A stretch of DNA of 64,000 bases from positions 73,523 to 137,522 of the forward strand of contig JAWQFM010000020.1 in the NCBI GenBank assembly GCA_033442325.1, in the 5' to 3' direction. Both the position numbers and the translations under genes were made by a program. Numbering within the stretch: position 1 is the first letter of the stretch; each line of letters begins with the position of its first letter. Below, piece by piece: positions 22,198 to 35,169 of this stretch. Below the pieces are notes generated by a model. It was not told the origin of the DNA, did not search any database, and saw nothing but the letters and a program-made list of their open reading frames with translations. Source of the DNA: Salpingoeca rosetta (Eukaryota > Protista > Choanoflagellata).

Positions 22198-24671
22198 ACC
22201 ACCACCACCACCATGGTGGTACAGACGACTGACCGAGGGGCACGCCAAACCGCTGCGCGCTGCCGACGGCGATATCGGCACCGAATTCGCCGGGCGACCG
22301 CATGACCGTCAGCGCAAGCAGATCCGTGGCACACGCCACCAGCGCCTGTGGACAACAGGAGGGGGGCAGTTTTGAAGTCAGCGTGCGTGTGTGTGTATGT
22401 ATGTGTGCGAGTGTGTGTGTGCGAGTGAGTGTGTGTATGACAGAGATAGAGAGAGTGTGTGTGTGCGTGTGTCAGAGGGGGGAAATAGATAAGAACAGAC
22501 GTGCGAACGCACAAGTGTGGTTGAAAACAAAGAGTGAGGTCGGAAAAAGTGTTGGCGCTTGTGTTGGGTGTGCTGGGTGTGTTTGATGGTCCTTGAACGA
22601 TACTGGCAGATAAATCCATGTGCGCATGCACACATAGGCGAGCGCAGGGTGACTCACGCCAGCATCGTGGGCTTTTGCAACGAGCTCGTCAATGTTGTGG
22701 ATTTCACCGTGCGTGTCTGGGTACTGAACGAGGCATCCGCACACGTCGGAGGTAAACTCAAAGTTCTCCCACGATTGCTTGATCACCTTCGCGCCAATGT
22801 ACCTGCAGAGCAGTCAAGCAACAAGCGTGTGGGTTGAGTTGGGGTGGCATGTGGAATCGGCTGGTTCGTTTGGGAAGATGAAGCCACGTGGGGAGTGACA
22901 ATGGATGACTTGATTAAATGTGTCTCAAGACGTCATGCTATTCAATACACACACACACACACATACACACCCATATCATGCACACATACACACATACACA
23001 TATCACGCATGCACACACACACGCGCGCGCGCGCGTGTGTGAGGTGACTGACTTTGCGCGGGTGTAGACGAGGGCCTCCGTCTGCGGATGGCAGCGGCTG
23101 TCCAGCAGAAACATCTTGCGTTTGCTGCAATGACGCGCGACGCAGCGTGGCAGCGTGGCATTGTGGCATGTCATGCGTGCACACACATGTGGGGTGAGCA
23201 TGCGCAACGCAGAATCGTGGCGGCTCTGAACGACAAACCCTGCTCGCATGTTGGATGCAGGCGGGCGTACAACGACGCATCAGGTGAACCACACGGCATG
23301 AAATACATGGCAATAACCGCCAACACGCACTGGTTGTGTGCGGAGAAGCACATGGAGAGGGCTTCAGCGCCGGCAGTTGCTTCGTCGAGAAGAGAGGCGT
23401 TGGCGATGGGAAGGCTTGTCAGGTCCTGCACACGGACGAACAACAGGTACAGGTGGGGTGGTGAGGGGTGGTTGTATGAGGTGAGGGTGGTCGTGCAGAA
23501 AATGTGACACAGCGCAAAGACACATTGAGGTATGTGGGAGGAGGACAAGGGGGTGGAGGAAGGACAATCATGTATGGACAGTCGCACGAACGAAAGGGCA
23601 CAAGGCACGCACGATCACACGAAATGACAGCACAACAACATAACACGAAGCCCCAACAACATAACGCCACCCGAACACAACACAACACTTGACAGCACGC
23701 CACGCCACAAAGCGAGGATGATAGCAGACCTGGATCATGGTCTGGAAGTTGAGGAGGCTCTCCATGCGGCCCTGTGCAATCTCCGCCTGGTACGGCGTGT
23801 ATGGGGTGTACCAGCCGGGGTTCTCCAGCACGTTGCGCTTGATGGCTGTCGGGGTGAGGGTGCCGTAGTAGCCCATGCCAATGTACGAGCGGAACACCTG
23901 GTTGCGGGACCCAAGCTGCTTCAGCCGCTCAAGCACCTCGCTCTCCGCTGTGTGCGTGCGTGTGTGTGTGTGTAAGTGTGTGAGTGTGTGTGTGTGTGTG
24001 AGAGAGAGAGTGTGTGTGTGTGTGTGTGTGAGTACATGTGTGTGTGTGCGCGCGCGAGTCTCTGGGTGTGTGCGTGAGTGTGCATGTGTCGCGTGCCGTG
24101 TAGAGTGTGCACGTCTGCAACTGAACGTTTGCCGTGATCCCGTTCACTGTCAAGAGCATCCAAACAACTCACTCAGAGGTTCGTCAAGGTGTGGCGTGCG
24201 GCGGAGGCGAATGTCCTCGGGCACGGCCTTGGCAATCATGTCGTCCAGATCCTAGCAACACCATCACATCACACAACCCCATCGGTGAAGCGATGAGACA
24301 GACGTCGACTGGTGCCAACAAAGCATTGCACAAACAAAGCAAAAAGAAAAGAGCCGCAATCACGACACCTCGAAGGAGCATGTGCGGAGCATGGTTTGGA
24401 TCTCGGCGGGGTCTGGCCCGATGTGGCGGAACAAGAACTTGTCGCAAGGCTCCACCCAGTCTGCAAAACGTGCGTACATTGATGTGCGCATATGTGAGAG
24501 TGTGTGTGTGTTTGTGTGAGTGTTTGCTTGTGTGTTTGCTTATGTGGACGAATGACAAAGGGGGAGGACACAAACACACACACACACGCACACAGACACA
24601 AACACACACACACACGCACACAGACACACAGACACACACACACAGACACAAACACGCTCACTCACTCGGAC

Positions 24672-24706
<35 letters not shown>

Positions 24707-24873
24707 CGCACGCACACACACACACACACACACGCACGCACACTCACTCACGCACACACACACGCACAGAAAAGCATGACACCTGGGACTCGGAGGTGCC
24801 TTGTTTGAGCAATCATGGGCACAAGCCATCGACGAGCGTGGCTGGCCTGCCGCCTAAGCACGGCAGCCTGCAT
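15942..24873 (-). CDS. GLDC: Glycine dehydrogenase (decarboxylating), glycine cleavage system P protein, mitochondrial; ~20+ exons
   Basis: Arg-rich presequence [16 protein letters not shown]. Motifs: [123 protein letters not shown] (PLP lysine), [16 protein letters not shown]. Ends [17 protein letters not shown]. Confidence 0.97.
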
Positions 24874-25782
24874 CCTTCCCTTTGGGCTTGTCTGTGACGA
24901 TCTAGCTCTGGCGTTGTTTGTCGCTGCTTTCCTTCGCCTGCGAAGATGTGAACAAACGAACGAACAAATTATGCCCAACAGCAGCAGAGGTGTTGCAGCA
25001 CCGGTCAAAAGTGAGCCACACACACACCAGTGCACACGTGTGTGTTTTGGCGGCGAGAGCAGGAAGGTCGTGAAGCAGACAAGCAAGCAAGCAAGCCGGT
25101 TAGAAGCAAGGTGGGTCGCAAGCACACGAGCACACGCATCGACACCTCACCAACAGCAGTGCAGCAAGTCGCAGTGTGTTTGTTCTGTGTTTGTCTCAGT
25201 TCTTCTTCTTCTTCAAGAACGAATAGCTTTGCTTGCTTGTGTGGTTTCGCAAGCTCAAAGGAAGGACAGCGCTGATTGCAGACGTGCAGCAGCAGAGCGT
25301 TGATTGCGCAAGAACGCAAAAATCTCAGTCAGCAAAAAAACCACCGAATCAATGGAGACTGACATCAGTTCTATCGATAATTCGCGCTGTTTTCAACCGT
25401 GTTGAGTTTGTACGACACTCGACATACAAAAATATAGTAACTTTGCCGCCACCGTTTCAAACTCTTCTTCTTCTGCTGCAGTGGATCCGCACTGCGATCT
25501 TGCTTGTTGTCGAGCGTCTCATCTCATGTCACACAGCACACAACGAGTCTATTCCACACCAAGCACTTGGGGAGATAGTCATGCACACAGTGCAGTCAAG
25601 CATGCCGTTTCCAACAACACGATGGGCGCTGGTTTCCCTTGGAATCAACCAACGCACGCACTTGACGCAGTGAGCAGTGACGCCAAGCAAGCAACGCGTC
25701 TACTTTGCCTGAACCAAGCACCCGTTGTCCAACTGGTGACAGCAGAGCGCCGCACGGCAGAGCACAGCCGCTACATGCGACA

Positions 25783-26005
25783 ATGGATGGCCATGTCGCA
25801 GCAGCGCTCAGCTCAACAGCCAGCTCAGAGGCTGGTTCAAGCGTGGTGGTGAGAGTCGGCAGCTCACCAAGCTTCTCTGAAGGGAAGCTGGCAACGGAAC
25901 CCCCATCCTCTGCAACGCCCACACATGCATCCACCAAAACATTGGCCCGGCGGCCCGTGTCAGCGGCACCAAAGCGGCAGACATCCCCAACGACACGTCT
26001 ACATG

Positions 26006-26063
<58 letters not shown>

Positions 26064-26951
26064 CCACAGCAGCGCGAATGGTGGGCTGCTTCGCCCTCCA
26101 TCACCTCGATCCCCACATCAGATGCCCCCGCCTGGGCTGAGACGCAACGGCCATGCACCTGGCTGTACCGCATCAGGCTGCGTTGACAACAACGGAGCAC
26201 CGCCAACCATGGAGGAGCCGGAGGTATGGTGCGACTGTTGTTGCGCGCCGTGGATCCGCCCTGTGGGCGATATTCGCGTGCATCCCACAGAACCCCCTCC
26301 ACCACCCCCATCAGTGCCGACCAAGCAAGCATCCCAGCCACCACAGAGGGCAGACAGCATCCCAGCTGGCAAGCAACCGCCACCGGCCGGCACGCAGAGC
26401 CAGCGCTCAAGCCAGCTCGGCCCTGTACGTCACGTGCTTGTGCTGTCATGTGTGTGCTCGCGGTATGTGCGTGTAGGAGCGCGTGTGAGGGTGTGTGTGT
26501 GTGTTGTGTGTGCGTGTGTGCGTAGGAGCGTGTGTGTGTGTGTGTGTGTGCATATGTATGAGCGAGTGTTCGTTTGGTTTGCTTTCGAACACCTTATTCG
26601 GTGCAAGGGGTGTTCGTGGGTCGTTCGCTCGACCCCCTTGCATCTTGCGTGAAGCACCCTTTCTTCTCCCCTCACCCGAACTTACCCCCCCCCCACTCTC
26701 ACAACAACAACAACCCGCACACGTAGCAGGATGATGATGAGAAAGTGCGTGGCTCCATCTTCCAGGTGTCGTCCACAAACCTGTTTGCCCTCAAGATGTA
26801 TGGCAGTGCGCAGGGCGTGACGTGCGAGATTGCGCGGCAGCAAAAGTTGCCCAAGTTTGTCATCCACCCTTACAGCACATTTCGCTGGTACTGGGATGTC
26901 CTCATGGTGAGTTGCGTGTTTGTGTGTGTGTGTGTGCACGAGCGCGAGTTT

Positions 26952-26987
<36 letters not shown>

Positions 26988-27412
26988 ACGAGCGCGAGTT
27001 TACGTGTGTGTGCGTTTATGTGCGTGTGTGTGTCTGTGTCTGTGTGTGTGTGTGTGCTTTCTTGTAAAAAGGTGGCGAAGGAACCACAAATTAAAGGAGC
27101 CAACATGGCCGCACTCGTCACTCATCACCACCGCCGCCATCGCATGCAACAGGTGTTGCTGCTCTCCTTCACGGTGACGTCGATTCCTGTGGCCATTTCA
27201 TTCTTCAGTGACGGCATGGGTACGGCGTGGTTCGTCGTCAGCTGCATTGTCGATTCCATCTTCATCCTCGACATCTTTGTCAACTTCCGCACGGGCATTG
27301 CAAAACAAGACGCCCCTCACGAAGTCATTCTCGGTGTGTCTGTGTGTCTGTGCATGTACGTGTGTGTGTGCATGTGTGTGTGTATGTGTGTGTGTCTGTT
27401 TGTCTGCCTGCC

Positions 27413-27460
<48 letters not shown>

Positions 27461-30110
27461 CGTGCAATGTACATTCGCGCACGTTGTGTCCGTTTGCTCC
27501 AACCTTTGCTTTTCCGTTTCCTGTCTCTACTTGCACCCATCAAACGAAACTCACACACACACACTCACACTCACACTCACACACACACTCACACTCACAC
27601 TGACACACACTCACACACATATACGCACACATGCACCTTTTTCTCCTCCGCATATCCACCCCATTCCCTCGCACAGACCACCGCGCCATTGTGAGGCACT
27701 ACCTGCGCGGATGGTTTGCAATCGACCTCATCTCCAGCCTCCCGCTTGATTACATCATCACCGCCGCCGCCAATTACCGCTACGACTCGCCGTCCTACCT
27801 CAAGGCCTCGCGTGCCTTGAAGGTCCTCCGCATGACACGCCTCCTCACGCTGCTGCGGCTGCTGCGCGTCACCCGCATGTTCCGCCTCTTCAGCCGCTGG
27901 GAGGAGACCTTCAACCTCAGCGCGGCGTGGCTGCGCATGTCGAAGCTGGTCACCATGATGCTACTCATGGCCCACTGGTCCGGCTGTCTGCAGTTCCTCG
28001 CTGTGCAGCTGGCCGACTTCCCGCCATCGTCGTGGGTCGCCATCAACGGGCTGGTGGACGCGCCCGTCTCCGCGCAGTACACGTGGGCGCTCTTCAACGC
28101 CCTCAGCCACATGCTGTGCATCGGGTACGGCAAGTTCCCGCCGCAGTCCGTGTCGGAGGTGTGGCTCACCATCGGCAGCATGGTCATTGGCGCATCGTTC
28201 TACGCCGTCTTCATCGGCCAGATCTCAAGCATCACCCTCAGCGTCGACAGCGCTAGCAGAAACTACAACGAAAAGGTTCGTCTTTGGGGAAGGGAAAGGG
28301 GGGTGGGGGAGTATTTGTTTATATGTGTGGGTGTGGGAATGTGTGTACGTATGTGTTTTTCTGTGCATGTGCGTGTGTTTCTGTGCATGTGTGTGTGTGT
28401 GTTTCTGTGCATGTGCGTGTGTTTCTCTGTGTGTGTGTGTGTGTGCGTGTGCATGTTTCTGTGTCTGCGTATCTCCTGTTCTTGCTTGGGTACTCTCCAT
28501 GCTTTGTTGTCGTTTTGCTCTCGTGCCAACCCCTCGACGTCCCTCTCTTCCTCGCTCTTGTCAGGTGAAAGAGGTTGTTGAGTATTTGCGGGCGCAGAAA
28601 GTGCCCTCGAGCCTGCGCCAGCGCGTCTTTGACTACTACGAATACAGGTGCTGTTTCGTGTTCACGCGCACGGTGCCGTAGCGTGCTGTTCACATGCACG
28701 TGGATCGTGTCTTCCAACGCGAAGCACCAACGAACCACGCACACATACGCACACACACGCACACATGCACGCACGCCACTCTGTCTGCTCACAGCGCCGC
28801 TCGCATCTCTTCCCCCATTTCAGGTGGCCACAACACAAGTTCTTTGACGAACGAAACATTCTCAAGGAGCTGTCACCCGGCCTTCACAACGTGAGCTCAC
28901 AGCCACACTCGCACACTACTGATGTGCATGTTATTCACGTGACCGTGTTGCCTTGTAGTTGCAAACGTGCACGCTAGCATGCGTCCACTGTTCCTGGCCA
29001 CGCATGTGCGCTCGCGTTCTGTCTCTCACACACAAACACGCACCATGGCCCTCCATGCACACACATGCACAGGACATTACGAAACACAACTGCCAGCCCC
29101 TGGTGCAGTCACTTCCATTCTTGCGCAATGCGGATCCAGAGCTTATCGAAGCAGTCACGACAAAGGCACGCTTTGTGTGTGTGTCTGTGCGTGTGTCTGT
29201 GTGTGTGACCGTGTGTGTGTGTCTGTGACCGTGTGTGTCTGTGTGTGTGTTTGTGTGACCGTGTGTGTCTGTGTGTCTGTGTGTGACTGTGTATGCGTGC
29301 AAGTGTTTCGCGTTGCCCATCGCCCCCGTTCTCCCAGTGCCACTGACATGGGCTGTTCTGTTCATGGTCTGCATGTACCTCCAACGTGCAGGTGGTGTTC
29401 CAAGTCAGCATGCCCAGCGAAGTCATCATCAAGTACGTCATCATGCACATGTGTCGCCACCAACACCACACACCAGCGCCACACACATTGTACGCCAACA
29501 CGCGCCCTTCATTTCACACGCCTCGCATCATCACCACCAACACCACCATCAGGGCTGGCACGTATGGGTCCGAGCTGTACCTTCTGCAATATGGAACGGT
29601 TGAAGTTGTTCTTCCCGGTGGCGATGTTGTCTCCCGCCTGCACGACGGCTCATTCTTTGGAGGTGACACGTGTGTGTGTGAGAGAGAGAGAGAGAGTGTG
29701 TGTGTGTGCAGTTGCACCATTTTCTGCTCTCGCAACACGATAAATGTGCTCTTGTTCTGCGAACGCCATCTCACGTCGGCACAACCAACTCACGCACACA
29801 CATGCACCACGCTTCCCCTCCTTTCCTCCTGCGTTCCACCATATGTAACCCCTCCTCACTCCCCCGTTCACCCCCCTCCCTTTTAGAGCTTGGTCTGCTG
29901 CGGCTGCAGAAGCGTGCGGCGAGCGTGATTGCGGTGTCGCCGTGCCGCCTGTATGTCCTCAGCCGCCGCGCCCTGGATGAGGTCCTCGAGGCGTTTCCGC
30001 ACATGCGCCGCGAGCTCGAGCGCACCGCCGTCGAGGTTGGTCTGCTTTGTATTGTGTTGTGGTGTGGTGTGTTGTATTGTGTTGTGTTTGGTTGTATTAG
30101 ATTGTGTTGT

Positions 30111-30152
<42 letters not shown>

Positions 30153-30409
30153 CGGCTGTTGTGATGATGGATTTTACGCTTGTCGCGCGCTGCCGTTTCC
30201 CATCAACACGGTCCGCTCCGGCTGCCATTCGCGTTCTCTCATTCTCTCTCATTCTCCCTCATGCTCTCTCATTCTCACCCGCCGTTGCCGTGCCAAATGT
30301 GCCGCTACTGCTGCAGCGATTGCATGAACTTCGCCAGCGCATCCGGCGCTCGTCCAGTCGACGCCGCACAACCGTAAGGAACTCACTCACTGACTCACAC
30401 ACACACACA

Positions 30410-30442
<33 letters not shown>

Positions 30443-31462
30443 GCACACACACACACTCTCTCTCTCTCTCACGCACGCACGCACGCACGCACTCACTCAC
30501 TCACTCACGCACTCGCTCACACACTCACTCACACACACACACACTCTCTCTCTCTCACTCACTCACTCACCTTCCATCACCACCTCCACCATCACTAGGG
30601 CACGCGCGGGCAGACGTGGGTTGCAACGCACGATACCATCTCGGAGCACGATGACGAAGATGCGGAAGGCAGCAGCAGGAACAGCAGTGCCCCCCTGTCG
30701 CGTGCTGCACACGCTGTTGGTGCATCATCTCCATTCATCGCGCCTACACACCGCTCACAGCAGCACCAGCAGCCGTCGTGGCTGGCGGCAGCGGCTACGG
30801 AGGGGCGCAGTGGGTCTGTGAGTAGCAAGACGGCCTCTGTGCAGGGCAGACGGGGACGCCGCCCGACCGTGGTGACGAAGTTGAACGTGCCGCCACCACA
30901 GCCGCCACAACAACACCAACGCCAACAGCAGGCCTCAAAGGCTTCAGTCACAAGCACCAGCGCCGTGCGACCCACACATGACACGCACTGGCATGACGGC
31001 CGCGCCTCCACCATGTCCAACTTCAGCAGTGGTGGTGGTGGTGGCGGGAGGACACTCGGTGCGGTTGCTGCTGGAGAGAGCGGTGAGAACAAAGGCCCTG
31101 ACGCTCGTCGTCACACCACTGCCACGAAACGGCGCACCAAGCAGCACGCCAGCTTCGACGGCGGCGATGATGACGAATATCTTGATTTCGAGGGGGATGC
31201 CCGGGGTGAGGACAGTGACAGCCACGATGTTGAGGATGGGGATGGTGATGGTGATGGTGACAATGATGGTGGCCATGTTGGCAGTGATGTTGACGATGTC
31301 GACGACGCCGACGCTGACGCCGGCGACGGATCGATGGCCGGGGTGTTTGCGGCCCACGATGACGGTGGGGGATTGCTCATGTGGGGGTCTGCCAAGGATG
31401 ACCACCAGCAACGGCGACGCCATTCTTCCCTTCCCGCCACCAAAGACAGGGACGCACTCTAA
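25783..31462 (+). CDS. HCN: Hyperpolarization-activated cyclic nucleotide-gated (HCN) channel homolog
   Basis: HCN domain ALKMYGS...[13 protein letters not shown]. Long S4 [32 protein letters not shown]. Pore [11 protein letters not shown]-linker and CNBD (FFGELGLL..KRAASV..CRLYVL..ERL). Low-complexity N- and C-termini. Confidence 0.93.
26006..26063 (+). repeat. Coding (AAC)n tract, poly-Asn in HCN N-terminus
   Basis: Seen directly. Confidence 0.9.
29166..29391 (+). other. Non-canonical GC-AG intron in HCN gene
   Basis: AAG|GCACGC donor joins EAVTTK to [14 protein letters not shown] in frame, matching the HCN C-linker/CNBD register. Confidence 0.7.
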
Positions 31463-31862
31463 CGGGTTGGGGAGGGAGTCTACCTATGCAGTGTATCTGT
31501 GTGTGTGCAGTGTGCTGTGTGTGTGTGCAGTGTGTGTGTTTGTGTGTGTGTCAATGTGCAGTGTGTGTGTATTGTGTCGATGTGTGTCTGTGTGTCTGTG
31601 TTTGTGTATGCAGCGTATTGTGTGTCGTCTTCCTCGTCAAAAGCAACAACGGTTACGCACCAAGCCAGTGTGGTGTGTTGAAAATTACACAAATTCTTCA
31701 ATGAATATTCTACTGAGCATTTCTGACACACACCAAAATCCAAACAAAAAAAAGCAAAGGCAACCACCATTTACCACTCAGACGACAACACAGAAGAACG
31801 AAGCAACCACAGGAGACAGACACAACAACTCCCACAACACCCACCACACAACCTACGACGAT

Positions 31863-32635
31863 ATGAGTGCACCAAAGGACGATGCCATGGGGAAACTGCG
31901 AGGCATGCTGGGCGCAGTCATCAACGGCGTCCAAGCAGGGTTTCAAAAGGAAGTTGCACAGAACATCCTCAAGGAAATCGAAATGGGAAACCCACAGCAT
32001 ATCAAGGTGCGCTGTAAACAGTGGACATGCATGGCCGCGCGGACGTTGCATGCGTCGCGTGCCTCGACACTTAGCACCACTACCACCACCACCACCGCAC
32101 TCACCCCAGGCATTCACGCTTTGTTGGTTGTAGATTGTGATCAGCAAGATTCTGGACGCCACGTTGGTGGACGGCATCCCCTCTGCGATCATTGGCGATC
32201 TTGCGCTGGAGCTGTTTCACCAGTCGAAGAGCGAAGTCTTCTGGAAGGCGCTCTTGCATCGACTGCAAGCTGTGCGTTGCTCTTGAGCGGCTCCCGCAGA
32301 TGAACATGTGTGCAAGCAAGCAAACAAGCAAACAACAACCAGCAGGAACCGTGTTTGTCATGCCTATGAACCCGAGGACACATGCCGTCCCTCACAATTC
32401 GTCACACGCTTATCCGTGTGTCCGTTTTGCGTCTGTTACAGGTGTTTCAGAAGCGAGAGGACTACTGGCACCAAGTCGCCAACATTCTCGCTCGCCTCGT
32501 TGTGTCGGTGCGTATGTATGTATGTGTGTGTGTTTGTGTGCTTGTTTGTGTTTGTACGTGTGTGTGTGTGTTTGTGTTTGCACGTGTGTTTGTGTGCTTG
32601 TGTGTGCGTGTGTGTGTGTGCGTGTGTGTGTGTGC

Positions 32636-32696
<61 letters not shown>

Positions 32697-33750
32697 TGTG
32701 CACACTTTCACGCTTTTTTTATTGTGTGTCGTGAATGTGTCGACGAAATGATACCGCTCTGTGTTTGCTTTCTTAACATCCATGTGTCTGCTCACTTGAT
32801 TTTACTGTGTTGTAGGATGGCACCACGGTGAATGCACCGGCGAAGGATACACTGACACACGTCCTGACGGAGATGATGAAGAGCAAGGTGGGTGCACAGC
32901 ACGTAGCAACAAGGGGCCTGGTGCTTGACTGGCATTGTTTTGCACCTGCGAGCTCTAAGCTCCCTTACGTGACGATGCGTGCGTGCGTTTTGTGTGTGTC
33001 TGTGTGTCTGTGTGTCTGTGTGTGTGTGTGTTTTGTGACTGTGTGTGTGTGTGTGTTGTGACTATCTCTGTGACCCTCCATCTGAGTGCCTGTCATCCTA
33101 TCACTGTCCGTCTCTCTGTGTCTCTGCCTCTGTCTTCTTATCCTTGTTGACACGAGAAGCACCACACCCCTTTATGTGCAACTCATGACTTTTCTGCGCA
33201 ACCCACGACCCACCAGTACCCCGACAACCCGACGACGGCGTGTGAAGCCCTCATGTACGTCCTCATCAACGCGTCCCTTGCAGACGAGGACAAGAAGCAA
33301 CTGCAGCAGCTGCCAGCTCTCATCAAGTTCGTTCATATCTGTATGTGTGTGTGTCTGTCTGTGTGTGTGTGTGCGCGTGTGTGCTCTGTTCCTGTGTGTG
33401 AAAATGCCCATGTGTTCGCCTGTGACTTCTGCCCATCTCACCCGTTCCCCCTTCCCCAAAACACACACACACACACACACACACCTACTGTCCAATCCCC
33501 GCACTTGCAGCGAGGCCGATTTCGACTTTGAGGAAGGCAGTGATGTGCTCGAGCTCAAGAAGCAAATCCTCGCCGTAAGTGACATGAACTCTCACTCACA
33601 CAAACACATGCATGCGTGGTTGTTGATGCGGTGTGAATGCGCGAGCGCTACACTTGCATGCTTCGCCATCCTCCCGTGTATGCCAAACCCCCAACACAAT
33701 TGTCACCACTCCCACTCCTCTTCATCATGCTCCTGCTGATACCACACACA

Positions 33751-33813
<63 letters not shown>

Positions 33814-34696
33814 TCACTCACTCACTCCTACTCACGCACGCACACGCACGCCACATACACAATTCATCTTCTCCCTCGTTGTTGTGTCTCCAAGGGCAAA
33901 CTGGAGTCGCCAGGCGACGCAAAGCCCGACGCGCCCGCCAAGGAAGAGCAACAGCCACCAGCGTCCACGAAGGCAGACACCACACCCCCACCTGCCACCA
34001 CCACCACTCCCGCCACAACCACTACAACCACTGCTCCAGTGACGACAAGCACGACACCGCTGGTGCCTGTTCTCTCTGCGAGTGCGCCCGAGTATGTTCC
34101 GTCGGGGCCGCCGGTGCAGCTAGCACCACCACCACAGCAGCAGCAGCAGCAGCAGCAGCAGCCACGTTTCGGGGAGCAGATGTCATGGATTGAGTGAGTG
34201 GGTTTGTTTGTTTGGGTGTTCGGGTTGGATGAATGCTGCTTTTGTTTGTTTGTTCGTTCGTTCGTTTATCCATTTGTGTCACGACGTCGGTGTGATTGAT
34301 GTTTGGCAAGCTGCTACTCTTGCGAAGCTCTGCGATGCTGTGTCTGCTCGCAAGCTGACAAGCGCGTGTGAAACTGTTGCGTTTGCGCCTTTACAGCTCT
34401 TACGACGGCGTTCCGGATGACATTCTCGAAGAAGCAATCGGTACGGCACGGCCACATGCTCATGTGAACTTGCACTCTGAATCACAACACGAGATGGGCA
34501 GCTACTGTCATGCCAACGCCACTCACTCGCACACACTCACTCGCTAACTCACTCACTCACTGACACACTCACTCGCTCACTCACTCGCTCACTCACTCGC
34601 GCAGAGGAGATGCTTGACATCGCGGAGGACTTGTCGGAGGAGGAGCAGCAGCAGATTCTGGACGAGCTCTTGGACGAGAAGATGAGCAAGGCGTGA
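31863..34696 (+). CDS. PAM2-motif protein with helical (MIF4G/HEAT-like) N-terminal domain and acidic tail; PAIP1-like
   Basis: About 8 exons splice in frame from MSAPKDDAMGK to ...EEEQQQILDELLDEKMSKA*. LSASAPEYVPSG (34072-34107) fits the PAM2 consensus. Confidence 0.6.
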
Positions 34697-35169
34697 CCGC
34701 CATCATCAGCCCAGAAGCGCTCGCATTGCACACATACACGCGCGCATACACGCAACCACACACTCTCTCGTTTGTGCCTGCTTGTCTGTGGACTGCGCTG
34801 TGCTGCTGGAACCCCTCTGGTCTCGTTTGTCTGTGCTTGTGAAAGTGCCTGTTGTTTATGCTTCATGTACGTACATGTGCTGCTGTTACCCCCCCCCCCC
34901 TGCTTGTGCGCTGCTGCCATTGCACCATCGCCATGAAATGCCCCACCATCAAATATGCAAAACAAAGAACATTAAATCGAATGTAAATAACGCAACAAGG
35001 AGGCCCCATTCGTTGATGATAAATCCCCACACTTGCTTCTCGATGACTTCAGCCGCAGCATCAGACACACAACAGCATCAAACACAACACGCACACAAAC
35101 ACACATACCCGCGACCACACAACCACACATGCACACACAACACAACACAACACAACACAGCGCACTCCG

